DNA of 64,000 nt from Paramoeba atlantica (taxonomy: Eukaryota; Protista; Discosea). Below, in pieces: positions 43,027-53,257 of the stretch. A model generated the notes under the pieces. The model ran no database searches. It saw nothing but the letters and a program-made list of their open reading frames with translations, and was not told the origin of the DNA. Numbering within the stretch: position 1 is the stretch's first letter; every line of letters begins with the position of its first letter. The position numbers and the translations under genes are program-made. Location: the NCBI GenBank assembly GCA_977017575.1, contig CDRNVI010000066.1, positions 1-64,000 on the forward strand, written 5' to 3'.

Positions 43027-43869
43027 TTATAATTCGTCCTCGCCATAATAGCGAGATACAATACTTCCCCCAGGTGGGAATCGGTGGGAAGTGTTCTGCT
43101 CTTCTTGGTCTCCGGTGCTATGAAGTAATGGGTCATTCGCTTTTTTCAAACCGTAGGGAAAATCGTGATGCGTCTCAATGGGTCCAAAAACTCGAGCCCT
43201 ACTGCCGCGCAAATGGCAAATTTTATCCTCATCGGTAGAAGAACTTTCTTCTTGAGCATTAATCTGTTTTTTATGGCCTTTAACTCTTTTCTTTGTCTCA
43301 TATTTATGAAGTTCGTGCTCAACGGCTATTGGGTCAACCTCTTTTACTGTAACCGGAAGGACTGGAGTTTCGTAAGACTGACCTAGCGAGACACAAGGTT
43401 TGCCAGTGGTAACAGAGAGCGATCGTTCCATTTCGTTGCGCTTTGGATTATCACCAAGTAATCCCGATGTAGATGATTCAAGAATGCGGCGCTGCACTTC
43501 TATTGTCTCGTCCGTTCGTTGTTTTTTCCAACAGTGTTCCTGCTCACTAACTATGCTTCTTCTAGTCATCACATTGTCTGCAGAACTAAGGTGGGGATTT
43601 ACTGGGTTTATGCGATCCCTCTGTGTTACTGACATTCCGTACTGCATATCTTTCACACAACATTGACACACATTTTTTAGACGTGCACAGGTGTAGCACA
43701 TTACTGTGGAAGCAAGCTTTCGTGTTACAGTGCTTGGACGCCACTGATAGCTCGTATAACGTCGTTGACATATGTTGCATTCCTTCCCATTTGTCTTTTT
43801 CAGGAGTTGAACCTTTCGATTAGACCCCAGGCAACTTGAACACAATAATGGTATGTCCGTTTCTTGCAT
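43027..43869 (-). CDS. RBM22: Pre-mRNA splicing factor RBM22/Slt11/Ecm2-like (N-terminal zinc domain only)
   Basis: PLLCSSCLGSN, GKECNIC.R.YT.YQWRP, C.TCARLKNVCQCC..D..YG. Confidence 0.85.
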   Translation of the reverse strand: MQETDIPLLCSSCLGSNRKVQLLKKTNGKECNICQRRYTSYQWRPSTVTRKLASTVMCYTCARLKNVCQCCVKDMQYGMSVTQRDRINPVNPHLSSADNVMTRRSIVSEQEHCWKKQRTDETIEVQRRILESSTSGLLGDNPKRNEMERSLSVTTGKPCVSLGQSYETPVLPVTVKEVDPIAVEHELHKYETKKRVKGHKKQINAQEESSSTDEDKICHLRGSRARVFGPIETHHDFPYGLKKANDPLLHSTGDQEEQNTSHRFPPGGSIVSRYYGEDEL

Positions 43870-44269
43870 GATTCAGAATGCTATCATTTCATTTTACAAG
43901 AAAAAGCTTATTTTCAAGATATACGCTCTGATATTTATTGCGCTCTTATTATGATATTCATGCGCTAATATTATGATATTTATGCGCTCCTATTATTGAC
44001 TTTACCTATAAACTAATTTTAGTGACATACAACTACGAACTTCGTCGAAGTAATATTGGACCAATATTTACAAGCGTTTCTAGGCGCTCTCACCCAGTCA
44101 CTCTTCTTAGTATTAAACAGCTACGCTGTACTATTGCGAAAGTTCACATAGAACTCTGAAAAAAAAGAACCCCACAAAATCCAACAGGGATTGTTGACTC
44201 ACAAGTTTAATTATTCCAATACATTCTTCGAGTCGAAGTCTTCGTCATGCTAGGAGTGCCAAGAAAGAA

Positions 44270-46192
44270 TCACATACCGCCCCAGTTAAAAACTTCTCGT
44301 AAGAGAGAAGTTGCATAGCTTCCAGGAGGCAGTGCGAAAGATAAATGGAGCGATCTCATTGGCTTCGATTCCTCAACTATTTCCCTGTTTTCAGGTGTTG
44401 TTAATTCCTCAGTGGAGAAGTCCATCTTGTCAGGTTTCACTATGAGGTATCGGTAACTGCCCTTTATGTTGTATTCACGTGCTTGGGTCGTAAATATAGA
44501 TTCACAACCCAATTGCGCTAATACCCTTTCGTAAAACATGCGATTTATGTGATGCTCAGGGAACAAGAGTCCTGGATCAGATCCCGGCAAAGGCAAGACA
44601 ATGTCGGTTATACAACACTTTTCAATGTTCTCACGCGTTACCACTTGTGGCTTGTCAATACTCGATGCACATGTTGTATCGTTGTGGGAAGATTCTGACG
44701 TGTCAAGATCAAGATCTGATTCTGTTCTCTCATGCTGACATCCAGTATTTGGCAGCATGAGATCTCCGACCACTACAATACTCCCAAAACAACGAATTCT
44801 CTCCGATGCTACACAATTCCATACCCAGCTTTGGACAGCATGAACGTACAGACTTCGAGTATTGCGTGGTAAGGTCATCCAAGCTCTTTGATAGTCATGA
44901 GGTTCAGAAGCCAGAGATAATAAAATTCCCTTCTCAGTCCTGAATTTAAAATTCAGCTCAGCCGCTGCCGAGGAAAATACACCTTTGGAGCCCGGTTGTG
45001 CAGACACAGACTTGATATCAGGGAGGTTTATTGCTCGCGTAGCATTGGCAAATTTCGGAGATGTTTGAGAAGCGTTCAAAAATATTAGACCGATTGCCCT
45101 ATCCAGCTTGCCCAGCAATACTTCTATGCCTATTTCATGTGTTGCTATTGGTGCGGTACCAAAACGTTGAGGTCCATAAAAGTTAATAAAACCAACGCTT
45201 CGGATATTTGCAAGGAGTTTATCTTCGCATACTCCCCAGTGCGATACTTCTCTCACTACAATTTTAAAGTAATTTCCGCGATGTGCGCCAAGCCAGAGCT
45301 TATCAGGTTTGCGCTCAGGAGAACTGACTGATACTCGGCCATGTGTATTGAGCTTTTCAACTTGACTCCAATCCCCTCGGTAAAGTGAAACACGTTGGAA
45401 TGTTTGCGCCCTTTTGTCTTTTGCACCGGAAAATCCGAATAACTTGTGAGATAGATGCAAGCTACGGGAAAGGTATTGGATGGCAGAAGCTGTATCCATG
45501 TTCCTTTTTTCCAGCGTGAAATGCAAGTAATATGGACTCTCGCATGCACGGGAGCGTTTGCGATCTTCTGATCTGCAAACTCGAATATCAAAGGAGTTGT
45601 CACCACAATATGTAGAGGTTAACAGTGGAAAACAAAATCTTACAGCTTCGTGCACTCTCGTGCGTTGTTCTTTGTTCATAGGAACTAGGAGTTTGATATT
45701 CATTATTCCTGTACGTGGCAGTTCGGAGAGCTTCTCTTGAGTAGAAGTTTCTAATGCAAAGCCCGCTTTTGGTGTTGCACCCCCTAATTTAGATTCTCGA
45801 TCCCTGTGGGAAGGCGTTTTCTTACTGCAAAGCTGCAGTACCGTTTCTAAGGCGTGCGTACCAAAGGAATCCTTAAGGAGTTGAATGTGATCTTTTTCAG
45901 CATCACTTAGTTCGGTTTTTGCTGGCGTACATGTATTGGTATTTATAGGAGGATCTTTGGATCCCAACATACCCTGATCGCAGCCGTCCGCCTCTTTTGA
46001 ATATTCTGCTATTTGCGGGACATGTATGCCCGCAATACACCCGTCTTGGCCAATTTCATGCACGATAAAATCTTCAGCGCACGCCTTCAGAACTCCACTA
46101 GGAGATATGTTACTGTGCTTGGCGAACAGCTTTGTTATAACGCCCATAGAAGCATCACTTCGATACGTACTTGGAGGCTGCTGAGAATTCAT
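44270..46192 (-). CDS. PUS7: TruD-family pseudouridine synthase
   Basis: GAKDKRA.T.Q catalytic motif, GNYF.IVVR, FINFYGPQRFG, YVHAVQSWVWN, F.LPPGSYAT..LRE. Confidence 0.97.
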   Translation of the reverse strand: MNSQQPPSTYRSDASMGVITKLFAKHSNISPSGVLKACAEDFIVHEIGQDGCIAGIHVPQIAEYSKEADGCDQGMLGSKDPPINTNTCTPAKTELSDAEKDHIQLLKDSFGTHALETVLQLCSKKTPSHRDRESKLGGATPKAGFALETSTQEKLSELPRTGIMNIKLLVPMNKEQRTRVHEAVRFCFPLLTSTYCGDNSFDIRVCRSEDRKRSRACESPYYLHFTLEKRNMDTASAIQYLSRSLHLSHKLFGFSGAKDKRAQTFQRVSLYRGDWSQVEKLNTHGRVSVSSPERKPDKLWLGAHRGNYFKIVVREVSHWGVCEDKLLANIRSVGFINFYGPQRFGTAPIATHEIGIEVLLGKLDRAIGLIFLNASQTSPKFANATRAINLPDIKSVSAQPGSKGVFSSAAAELNFKFRTEKGILLSLASEPHDYQRAWMTLPRNTRSLYVHAVQSWVWNCVASERIRCFGSIVVVGDLMLPNTGCQHERTESDLDLDTSESSHNDTTCASSIDKPQVVTRENIEKCCITDIVLPLPGSDPGLLFPEHHINRMFYERVLAQLGCESIFTTQAREYNIKGSYRYLIVKPDKMDFSTEELTTPENREIVEESKPMRSLHLSFALPPGSYATSLLREVFNWGGM

Positions 46193-46711
46193 CTAGCTCA
46201 AACTTCCTTGGATGTCCTCCACCTTTAAGTTCTACTCCTCAGATGTAAGGCGGCTTTGATGGAAATACCAGTAAAATGCAACCCAGGAACATTAAAAGAG
46301 TAAACGCCAAAATCCCGCACACTAAGTAGATTTCATTACAAACATATTTTCTTGTATAGGCCACATGAAACAGAAACAGATTGGCTTGAAGTCCTTCAAT
46401 AGGCTAATGAATAATGAAGAAAAGGAAGTCGAATAGAAGTAAAAAAGGATGGGTACTGATCTACATACAGTAGTCTATTGCACATACAGTACTGTACATA
46501 CAGGCTATTGTGCGCCCAATAAGAAAGCTCAATAAAACATAAAAAGGATTACCGATCTCCAATCCTTGCGCAAGTGGTCACGAAAGGGAGGTTGACTCCT
46601 CCATTTCTTCATGTCTCTAGAACATTCCTAGCTTCATGTCTTTAGAACAAACAAACTTCCGATGTGAAAAAGTATGAGGACAAAAAATCTTTCATCCATG
46701 TTTGACGCATT

Positions 46712-49183
46712 TTATGAATGAGGTTTTGGGTGAGACTTTCGGTTGAAATATTTACCCTTTTCCTTCGATGATTTAGGTGTTGTCACCGTACCGCGGGAGT
46801 CACCACCAGCAGAAGGTGCTTTCTCATTTGAAGGCGCAGATCTCGGCGGAGCATCCGAGCTCTCCAGACTACTGGACTGTGAGGACCGTACCGGCGACTC
46901 TCTCTGCATCCCCGCCACTGTTTTTGCGGGCATTTTCGTTGAGGATGGCGGAGTAGAGGGCCGATGGCGATGACGCGAGATGCCTCCTCGTGAGCTCCCT
47001 TCGACCGAAGCCTCGCTTTGTTCAACCTCTTTCGTAGGTAAAATCGGCCGTGTAGATCCCGCAGAAGCACTTGTTATGATCGTAGGAACTACCGGAGCCA
47101 CGGTGACCCCCGGAGGAGTAGTTTGCGAGTTTGGCTCAAACGACACTCCCGTGGCAGTGAGGCTCCCCATTGGACTCCCGGGGGGAGGAGGAAAATTCAC
47201 CGGGGTCGACGCACTCAGCTGCTCTGCCAGCGGCTTGCGCTCCCGATCGTATCTCCCACGAGGGGCATGCGTAGCCCCGGTGGAGGCAGCACGTCGACCA
47301 CCCCCACCCCCTGTAGATTGCTTTGACTCCGGGTAATGCGTCCTTGAATAGTAATGTGAACCTCGACCCGTAGCACGGTTCGAATACTCCCCACTCGGCA
47401 TCGTGCCGTGCGCTATCCCGGAAACAAAAGCCTCACCTCCCCGTCCACTCCTTAACGGCTTAACCCGCGGGTCGTAGGCGCCCACATGGGTGTGAGCTAC
47501 CGGGTACCGGGCCTCCCAGGACAGCGGGGTGGTGTACTGAGCTGCGTACCCGTGAGGGTCGGGGTAGGGGTAGTGAGGGTAACCCGCGTGTGACGCTGTT
47601 GTGTAGGACCCGGACTGCCGGGCCTCATGGGACGGAACCGTCTCGGAGGGGTGGTAGTAGTACTCACTCGGGGTTCCTCCGAGAGAGCTCTCGGCGTAGA
47701 GGTGGTGCCCCGAGCCGTAGGGGGTGGTCATCAGCGGGGTAGGTACCTGGGCGCGTGAGGGTTTGAACTCCGGCGGGAGCTCGGACATGTCGGAACGGAG
47801 ATGACCCACATAGGGGGTAGAGGGGGTTTGGTGGGGGTAGGCGGCCGAGGAGGATGCGGCGGAGTGAAGGGCTTCGACGTCCCAAGGCTCTACCACGGTT
47901 CCGTCGGAGAGTGCATAGGTGTAGGTACCGTAGTTCACTGGAGGAGTGACCGAGGGGGTGATGATGCCATGGGTGTCCCCCGCGGGGCGAGGAGGGTAAA
48001 GGTGAGGCTGCGTCGAGACCGCACTGGTGCTCATGTCCTCTGTGGGCTTTGAGTACAGAGAGGATTCCGGGGTCTGTGAAGCATAGGATTCTGTGGCTGG
48101 AATAGCCCTCTCGGCGTTGGGGTGACGTAGGTGTTCCTGTTGACAGAGGTGCCGAAGCAGGCCGTCCTTTTCGCGAAGAAAAGAGATTCTAAGATCTGGT
48201 TTCCAAGTGTTTGGAGGTGATTCTGTGACCGTTTTAGCTGTTTTCTCTAAAGAAGTCACAAAACTAGGAGTAAAAGCACGTGCATTGGGATTCAGAAATG
48301 TTTTTGAAGCAGTTGTCTCTTTCGAAACGTCCGGAGTTTCTTCAGAAGTAGTTTGCTTGTCAATAGGTAAGGTACGTGGAATCTCATCTACCGACCTAGA
48401 TCTCGGGGCTTCCTCTTTAACTATGTTCTCGCTTATGAGTAACCCAGAAGGTGTTCCAGCTTCACGACGTCCAGGAGGAATGTATGCGTTGACATTCAGG
48501 CCACCTATCAGGTCACGAGACTTTTTCGGAGAACTTCTTCCTTTAGGACGTTCCACGCCGCTAAAAAGCCTTTCCTCATCATAATCTGCGCCTATCTCAA
48601 TGCCACGATCCACCGCATGTTGAAGATTGACGACCTTACCGCGTTCTATTTTTCTGGCCGCACGTTCAGCATATTCACGCTGATCCCTTGTAAGATTTTT
48701 AGGAATAGAAGTAGTATAAAGAAGCTCATCGTAAGTGCTTTTCCCGCGTACAAGGTGCTCATTTGCTTTAAATTGGTCCCAAGAGCCTGCTCGATGTGAT
48801 TTCTCCTTCTCCAAAACGTCATCTTCATCTTCGTCGTCCTCATCTGCCCAGTTCGCAAAGCTTGTCACTGATTTATCACAGCTTTCGCTTCTCGTGATTT
48901 GCTTCTCTCGTAAATGTCTCATGATGGAGCTTTGTTCTTGACAAATACGGGAAAATTTTAATTGAATGAGGTTAACAGTAGGAATCACGGACACATCCTT
49001 GGCATCACTATTTTCAGAAAGACTGTGTACTTCGCTGACTAGTCGTCGGCACTTTAGAAGCATTATCGCTTTTTCAACGGGGGAGTAGGACGCAAAAACA
49101 CCTTCTAAAATGGTACCATCAGCTAAATGGGCCGTGGCAACTTGTCCTACCATTTCCACAAAAGTGAATAAGATTCGTTCCAT
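46712..49183 (-). CDS. PBP1: Ataxin-2/PBP1 homologue (Lsm, LsmAD, PAM2)
   Basis: WDQFKANE...STYDELLYTT...A.R.AR.IE......H...RG LsmAD; PAM2-like FLNPNARAFTP; P/S/Y-rich tail. First ATG used. Confidence 0.92.
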   Translation of the reverse strand: MERILFTFVEMVGQVATAHLADGTILEGVFASYSPVEKAIMLLKCRRLVSEVHSLSENSDAKDVSVIPTVNLIQLKFSRICQEQSSIMRHLREKQITRSESCDKSVTSFANWADEDDEDEDDVLEKEKSHRAGSWDQFKANEHLVRGKSTYDELLYTTSIPKNLTRDQREYAERAARKIERGKVVNLQHAVDRGIEIGADYDEERLFSGVERPKGRSSPKKSRDLIGGLNVNAYIPPGRREAGTPSGLLISENIVKEEAPRSRSVDEIPRTLPIDKQTTSEETPDVSKETTASKTFLNPNARAFTPSFVTSLEKTAKTVTESPPNTWKPDLRISFLREKDGLLRHLCQQEHLRHPNAERAIPATESYASQTPESSLYSKPTEDMSTSAVSTQPHLYPPRPAGDTHGIITPSVTPPVNYGTYTYALSDGTVVEPWDVEALHSAASSSAAYPHQTPSTPYVGHLRSDMSELPPEFKPSRAQVPTPLMTTPYGSGHHLYAESSLGGTPSEYYYHPSETVPSHEARQSGSYTTASHAGYPHYPYPDPHGYAAQYTTPLSWEARYPVAHTHVGAYDPRVKPLRSGRGGEAFVSGIAHGTMPSGEYSNRATGRGSHYYSRTHYPESKQSTGGGGGRRAASTGATHAPRGRYDRERKPLAEQLSASTPVNFPPPPGSPMGSLTATGVSFEPNSQTTPPGVTVAPVVPTIITSASAGSTRPILPTKEVEQSEASVEGSSRGGISRHRHRPSTPPSSTKMPAKTVAGMQRESPVRSSQSSSLESSDAPPRSAPSNEKAPSAGGDSRGTVTTPKSSKEKGKYFNRKSHPKPHS

Positions 49184-49688
49184 TAGTGACGTGGGTGTAT
49201 GTGTGAATAAAGTAATCAAAAAAAGATAACATAGAAAGTAAGTGGAAGTGTTCAGGTATTGACGAATAGTGCAGTATAAATTATGCAATATTTATATTTA
49301 ATATGCAATTGCAATACTTATATGTATGAACAGTTCGAAAAGCAATTCTAGACTATCAGATTTACAGGCTATGTGTTGGCTAAAAATTAATCAAAAGAAG
49401 AGTACACCCCCTCTCATAAATAATGATAATGATAATAACATTTTTTCCGAGAGAATATCATTATTATTATCATTATCATTATTTCTGAATGCAATAAGGG
49501 GAGATGAGAACAAAAATACATCTGTTTAGTAAGATACACTTAGTCTAAAACGGGGAAAAAACAAGACGAGATTAAAGAGATCACGGAAAAACCCTCAAGC
49601 CGACATGGAGGAGTAACGATAGAATGAAATATTTGCGATAATTTTTGAGTAATTGTCACGGCCCGAGGTGAAAATCTTTTTTCAATTA

Positions 49689-50893
49689 CTGTCACCCCCC
49701 CTTTATACTTACACCGGTTTCGGTACTTTTGGAAGTATAAAGGGGGGTCTGACTTTCCTAAGTATAAAGGGGGGGTGACACTTAAGCGCAACCAGGTTTT
49801 GGCCTAACATTGCGCATAAGTAGCCGGGTCAAAAAAAGAGGTGAAAAAAAAATTTCGCGCCGCTTCGTGACGCGTGTTTAAATCATGAGTTATGTACGCG
49901 GGGTGCCCTGGGAAAAATGAGTTATAATTATATTTATTAAAATTAATTAAAGAAAATGGTAGTTGGTCGGCGTTAGTACCATCAGTGGAGGGGGTGCAGA
50001 CGGTACCTGTAGCTCGCTGTCGAACGGTGGCAACCAATCTCGATCGGTAACGACAGATCGCGACCGGTTGCGAACGCTGTAGGTATTTTTTCGAGGTTCG
50101 AAGGGTTTACCGATTCATTGGAAGATCAGTCGGACAGGGGGTGACGTGTGAGAGATAACTAGGGAGGAGGTACAGTACTTCGCTTGTATGGTTACTTATG
50201 CCCGCGAATGACCACATCACGAGGTAAGTGCCTTTTTCGCGAGCACCCGATCAATTGTAGGAAAAGAACGGACTTTTAAGAGCTTGGGTCCGAAATATAA
50301 ATTAAAGTTTAGTTTATCATGCACTTGTAGTGCAATTACCCACGTTATATTTACCCGCCCTACATCTAGGCGGTGCCGCACGCTGGTGCACTGATCATTT
50401 CAAAGGCGTACAGTACGTGGCAGGAGAGTTCCTCTGATGTACAGTACAGTATAGAATGCAAAGACTCGCCGTACAGATCGGCGGAGGTCAGTGTGGATCA
50501 GAGGAGATCGATGGAGATCATTTTTCAACGCCCAAAGGGACTGCCTGCAGACTCTCCATTTCAACAGCGGCGAAAATTGGTACAAAAATTCGTACCACAA
50601 AAAAAAATCGCGCCGCTTTGCGGCGCTGTTCTTCTGAACGATGCGTCAAAATTGCGCTTAAGTGGCCGGGTCAAACGGTTGCGCATAAGTAGGGGGGGAC
50701 AGTATCTCTACACACACCTCTAACGTTTTAAAGAAAAAAGTAGAAAATTGTTCAAAAAAAAAGATTGCGCCGCGAAGCGTTTTCGACCGGAAGTAAAGGT
50801 TTATAAAGGGGAGGTGCTGATTTTTCGTCTGGATGAAAACGGAAGTATAAAGGGGGGGTGACCCCCCTGAAGTATAAAGGGGGGGGATGACAG
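49689..50893. mobile_element. Nested element, TIR CTGTCA(C/T)CCCCCCTTTATACTT, TA TSD
   Basis: TA at 49687-49688 and 50894-50895; aagtataaagggggg subrepeats at both ends. Confidence 0.85.
49779..50702. mobile_element. Third nested element of the 42460 family; right end GGGGGGACAG|TA intact, left end eroded
   Basis: 50651-50702 RC (ctgtcccccc.tacttatgcgcaacc...cacttaagcgcaat) matches 49779-49830 and the 42460 TIR. Confidence 0.65.
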
Positions 50894-51080
50894 TATCATT
50901 ATTAATGAAAGGGGGTGTATTGCAAAAAGCATTAGTTGAAGCATAAAACTAGAGAACAAACTAGTTAACATTCTTTTCAGTTTTTTTGATGTCTTCTACG
51001 TCAAAGTACAAGAAATTCCTATTTACTAAATAGTACTTTGTATGCTTTTTTCGTATGATATTTCAGGCTATAGAAAATAT

Positions 51081-51347
51081 GGGCCAAAGTAAAGGAATAT
51101 TGCATAAGTCAAGGAATATTGCATAAGTCAGGAAATATTGCGTAAGTCAGGAACCATTGAAATTAAAGCCCTCGCACTTCTGTCCTGCACCCGGTGAGGC
51201 CCCGGAGTTGCGAGAGGCCTCCATACCCCACAACTACCACCTTCCCCCCTATTTAGTGGGGGTCGCGCGAGCGACCCCTGATAAATGGGGGGAAGGTGGT
51301 AGTTGTGGGGTATTCCTTGACTTATGCAATATTCCTTGACTTTCCCC
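51081..51347. mobile_element. Foldback element: GG termini, TIRs built from 19-bp AAGGAATATTGCATAAGTC repeats, internal ~43-bp-stem hairpin, near-perfect 8-bp TSD
   Basis: Repeats occur three times at 51092-51149 and inverted at 51312-51343. Hairpin 51223-51313 has a GCGA loop. Flanks are gaaaatat / aaaaatat. Confidence 0.8.
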
Positions 51348-51395
51348 AAAAATATGCACTCCTAAAACATGAAATCTTCTGATGCTTCTTCTACC

Positions 51396-52304
51396 TTACG
51401 GCACTGGTTGGTGTACCACACATTGGTCGAGCTCTATGCCGTTGTGTATTATACCGTGGTAGCCCTCGAACTTATTTCCTCTTAGGTCTATGCGCGTTTT
51501 CTTATGAACACCTCTTAGATCTACGAAGCCTGTAAGAGCATTATATCCCAAGTCTATGTTGATTCGTGGATAAGACAGAGACGTCACTTCCACTGCGCCT
51601 TCAAATGTATTCTTGCAAAGCTCCAATCTGGAGAGTTTTTTGGGTAGCCTCGTTAGATCTAGCGATCCTGACAGTAAATTAAGCCCAATCTCCAATTTCG
51701 TAAGGTGTTCTGGGAGCCTCGTGAGATCGATCGTTCCTTCAAATCTGTTTTTGGTGGCTAAAAGTCGTGAAAGCTGAAGGGGCAGAGAAGTAAGATCAGC
51801 GGGGCCATTGAACAAATTGTGATTGATATAAAGATCTATCATATCATGTGGGAGTGTAGTAAGATCGAAAGGCCCAGTAAACTGATTGGCGCATAGTAGT
51901 AAATGTTCAAGACACGGAGAAAGCAGATGAGTATGAATCTCCCCTCGGAGCTTCCCAGGCGTGTTTGGCCAACGCTGGCATCGAAAGCTCGTCACATGAG
52001 CAGGAAAGTGATTCCAGTCGAGAACTCCGGTAAGACTTGTGTCTTTAAAGTCGATTTTTGTTATTTCCTTGGCCTTGTTGCAAAAAATCCCCTTCCATTG
52101 ACATACATCGCGTTTCCAACTAGCAGGGGCGGAAGTAAGATTATGTACGAACAGCTTCATTGTCTCCTCATCACTAAGCAGAATATTCCTGACCTTTGCG
52201 CCGTATCTGCGACGTTTTGCAGGAGGTTGATCATCGGCGCTGTTTAAGTAAAGGAGACGTTTGATGGGAAAGAAGCCGATGCGAAGGGATGAAAACATGT
52301 GCAT
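51396..52304 (-). CDS. Leucine-rich repeat protein
   Basis: Cap W..DVCQWKGIFCN followed by repeats such as N.F.G..DLT.LP..L..L. Confidence 0.92.
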   Translation of the reverse strand: MHMFSSLRIGFFPIKRLLYLNSADDQPPAKRRRYGAKVRNILLSDEETMKLFVHNLTSAPASWKRDVCQWKGIFCNKAKEITKIDFKDTSLTGVLDWNHFPAHVTSFRCQRWPNTPGKLRGEIHTHLLSPCLEHLLLCANQFTGPFDLTTLPHDMIDLYINHNLFNGPADLTSLPLQLSRLLATKNRFEGTIDLTRLPEHLTKLEIGLNLLSGSLDLTRLPKKLSRLELCKNTFEGAVEVTSLSYPRINIDLGYNALTGFVDLRGVHKKTRIDLRGNKFEGYHGIIHNGIELDQCVVHQPVP

Positions 52305-52597
52305 AAGATATTACACAGCGTTATTGTTTTCATAAAATTTGGCACTTAAAATACTAGAAGTAGTAGCAAAATAAAAAACTCCGAGAAACTTTTTTTAAAA
52401 ACCGTTTTTACGAGAACGATTGAAGCCTCGAGAAAAATGAGGTCCTCCGCTTACCTTACGAATTCAAAGTTCGTACAAGTCGAATAAAGGTGAATCAGAA
52501 ATCCTTTGAAGAAAGAAAAATTATATCGTAACGTAAAATGATCGTCTAGAAAAGGACCTACTGTATGTAGGTCTATAAGCAGTACGTTGGTTGTGCT

Positions 52598-53257
52598 CTA
52601 CGTGCTGAATACGTCACAAGAATTAATGAACTGCTTGCCCAAAGCCTTCTCCACATTGAACAAGCCAATCGGAATGTGTGGAAGTGAGATATCAAGTAGT
52701 CTCCAGCGACCAGCTACGTGTAAAAGATCGTAGATGAACGTATCCATGTAATATTCATCGTCGATACTTTCGAATTTCTGTGTAATCGTGCGTTCCTCAG
52801 ATTCGACAGGTTTCATACTCACTCTTAAAGGGCGGAAATCTTTTAGAAATGGAGAAAGAATTTCCCAACAGTCGACAGCTCCACAAGCTAGCCTCACGTA
52901 AACTGCTGACAAAGCGGTCACGTATTTAAAATGAGGCTGTCGGAGACATTCTAAAACGATTTCTGGCTCAGGTTGAAGCTGTACTAATTTAGCTAAGTAA
53001 AGCTGGGCAGGTGACAAAACGGATTGTGGTGCTCCATAGCAAGTGATTTCTTGTACATTTCGTACTGCGTTTTCAAGCCATTCGCACTCATTCCACAATC
53101 GCATACGCCTCCAAGAGAAGCAGGACAAGAGACGTGCCCGAAATGTGGCTGGAAGGAGGTTCCATGGTTGGCCACTGCGACAAACAAATGAAGGTGCAGA
53201 GGTTGTACCGACGTCCTCAGCGTGCTCAGCCCTCTCTGATGACAGTGATTTTTTCAT
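52598..53257 (-). CDS. PRP38: Pre-mRNA splicing factor Prp38
   Basis: LAKLVQLQP, HFKYVTALSAVYVRL, L.PFLKDFRPLR, YMDTFIYDLL. Confidence 0.9.
   Translation of the reverse strand: MKKSLSSERAEHAEDVGTTSAPSFVCRSGQPWNLLPATFRARLLSCFSWRRMRLWNECEWLENAVRNVQEITCYGAPQSVLSPAQLYLAKLVQLQPEPEIVLECLRQPHFKYVTALSAVYVRLACGAVDCWEILSPFLKDFRPLRVSMKPVESEERTITQKFESIDDEYYMDTFIYDLLHVAGRWRLLDISLPHIPIGLFNVEKALGKQFINSCDVFST

Larger units (their letters stand above)
49405..50917. mobile_element. Stowaway-like MITE (TIR CACCCCCT(C/T)TCAT(A/T)AATAATGATA, TA TSD) hosting nested insertions
   Basis: TA at 49403-49404 and 50918-50919; 24-bp TIRs 22/24 identical. Confidence 0.88.

Noticed and set aside
43935-44000. Small intergenic tandem repeats (also 42839-42872, 53400-53455)
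   Set aside because: Ordinary slippage duplications in AT-rich spacers.
49540-50723. Short ORFs within the MITE nest and in 11592-12765
   Set aside because: They translate TIR/subterminal repeats; no transposase motifs seen.
51092-51149. CRISPR-like direct repeats (19-bp unit x3)
   Set aside because: Units are contiguous with no spacers, are mirrored 170 bp away, and the context is eukaryotic with no cas genes.
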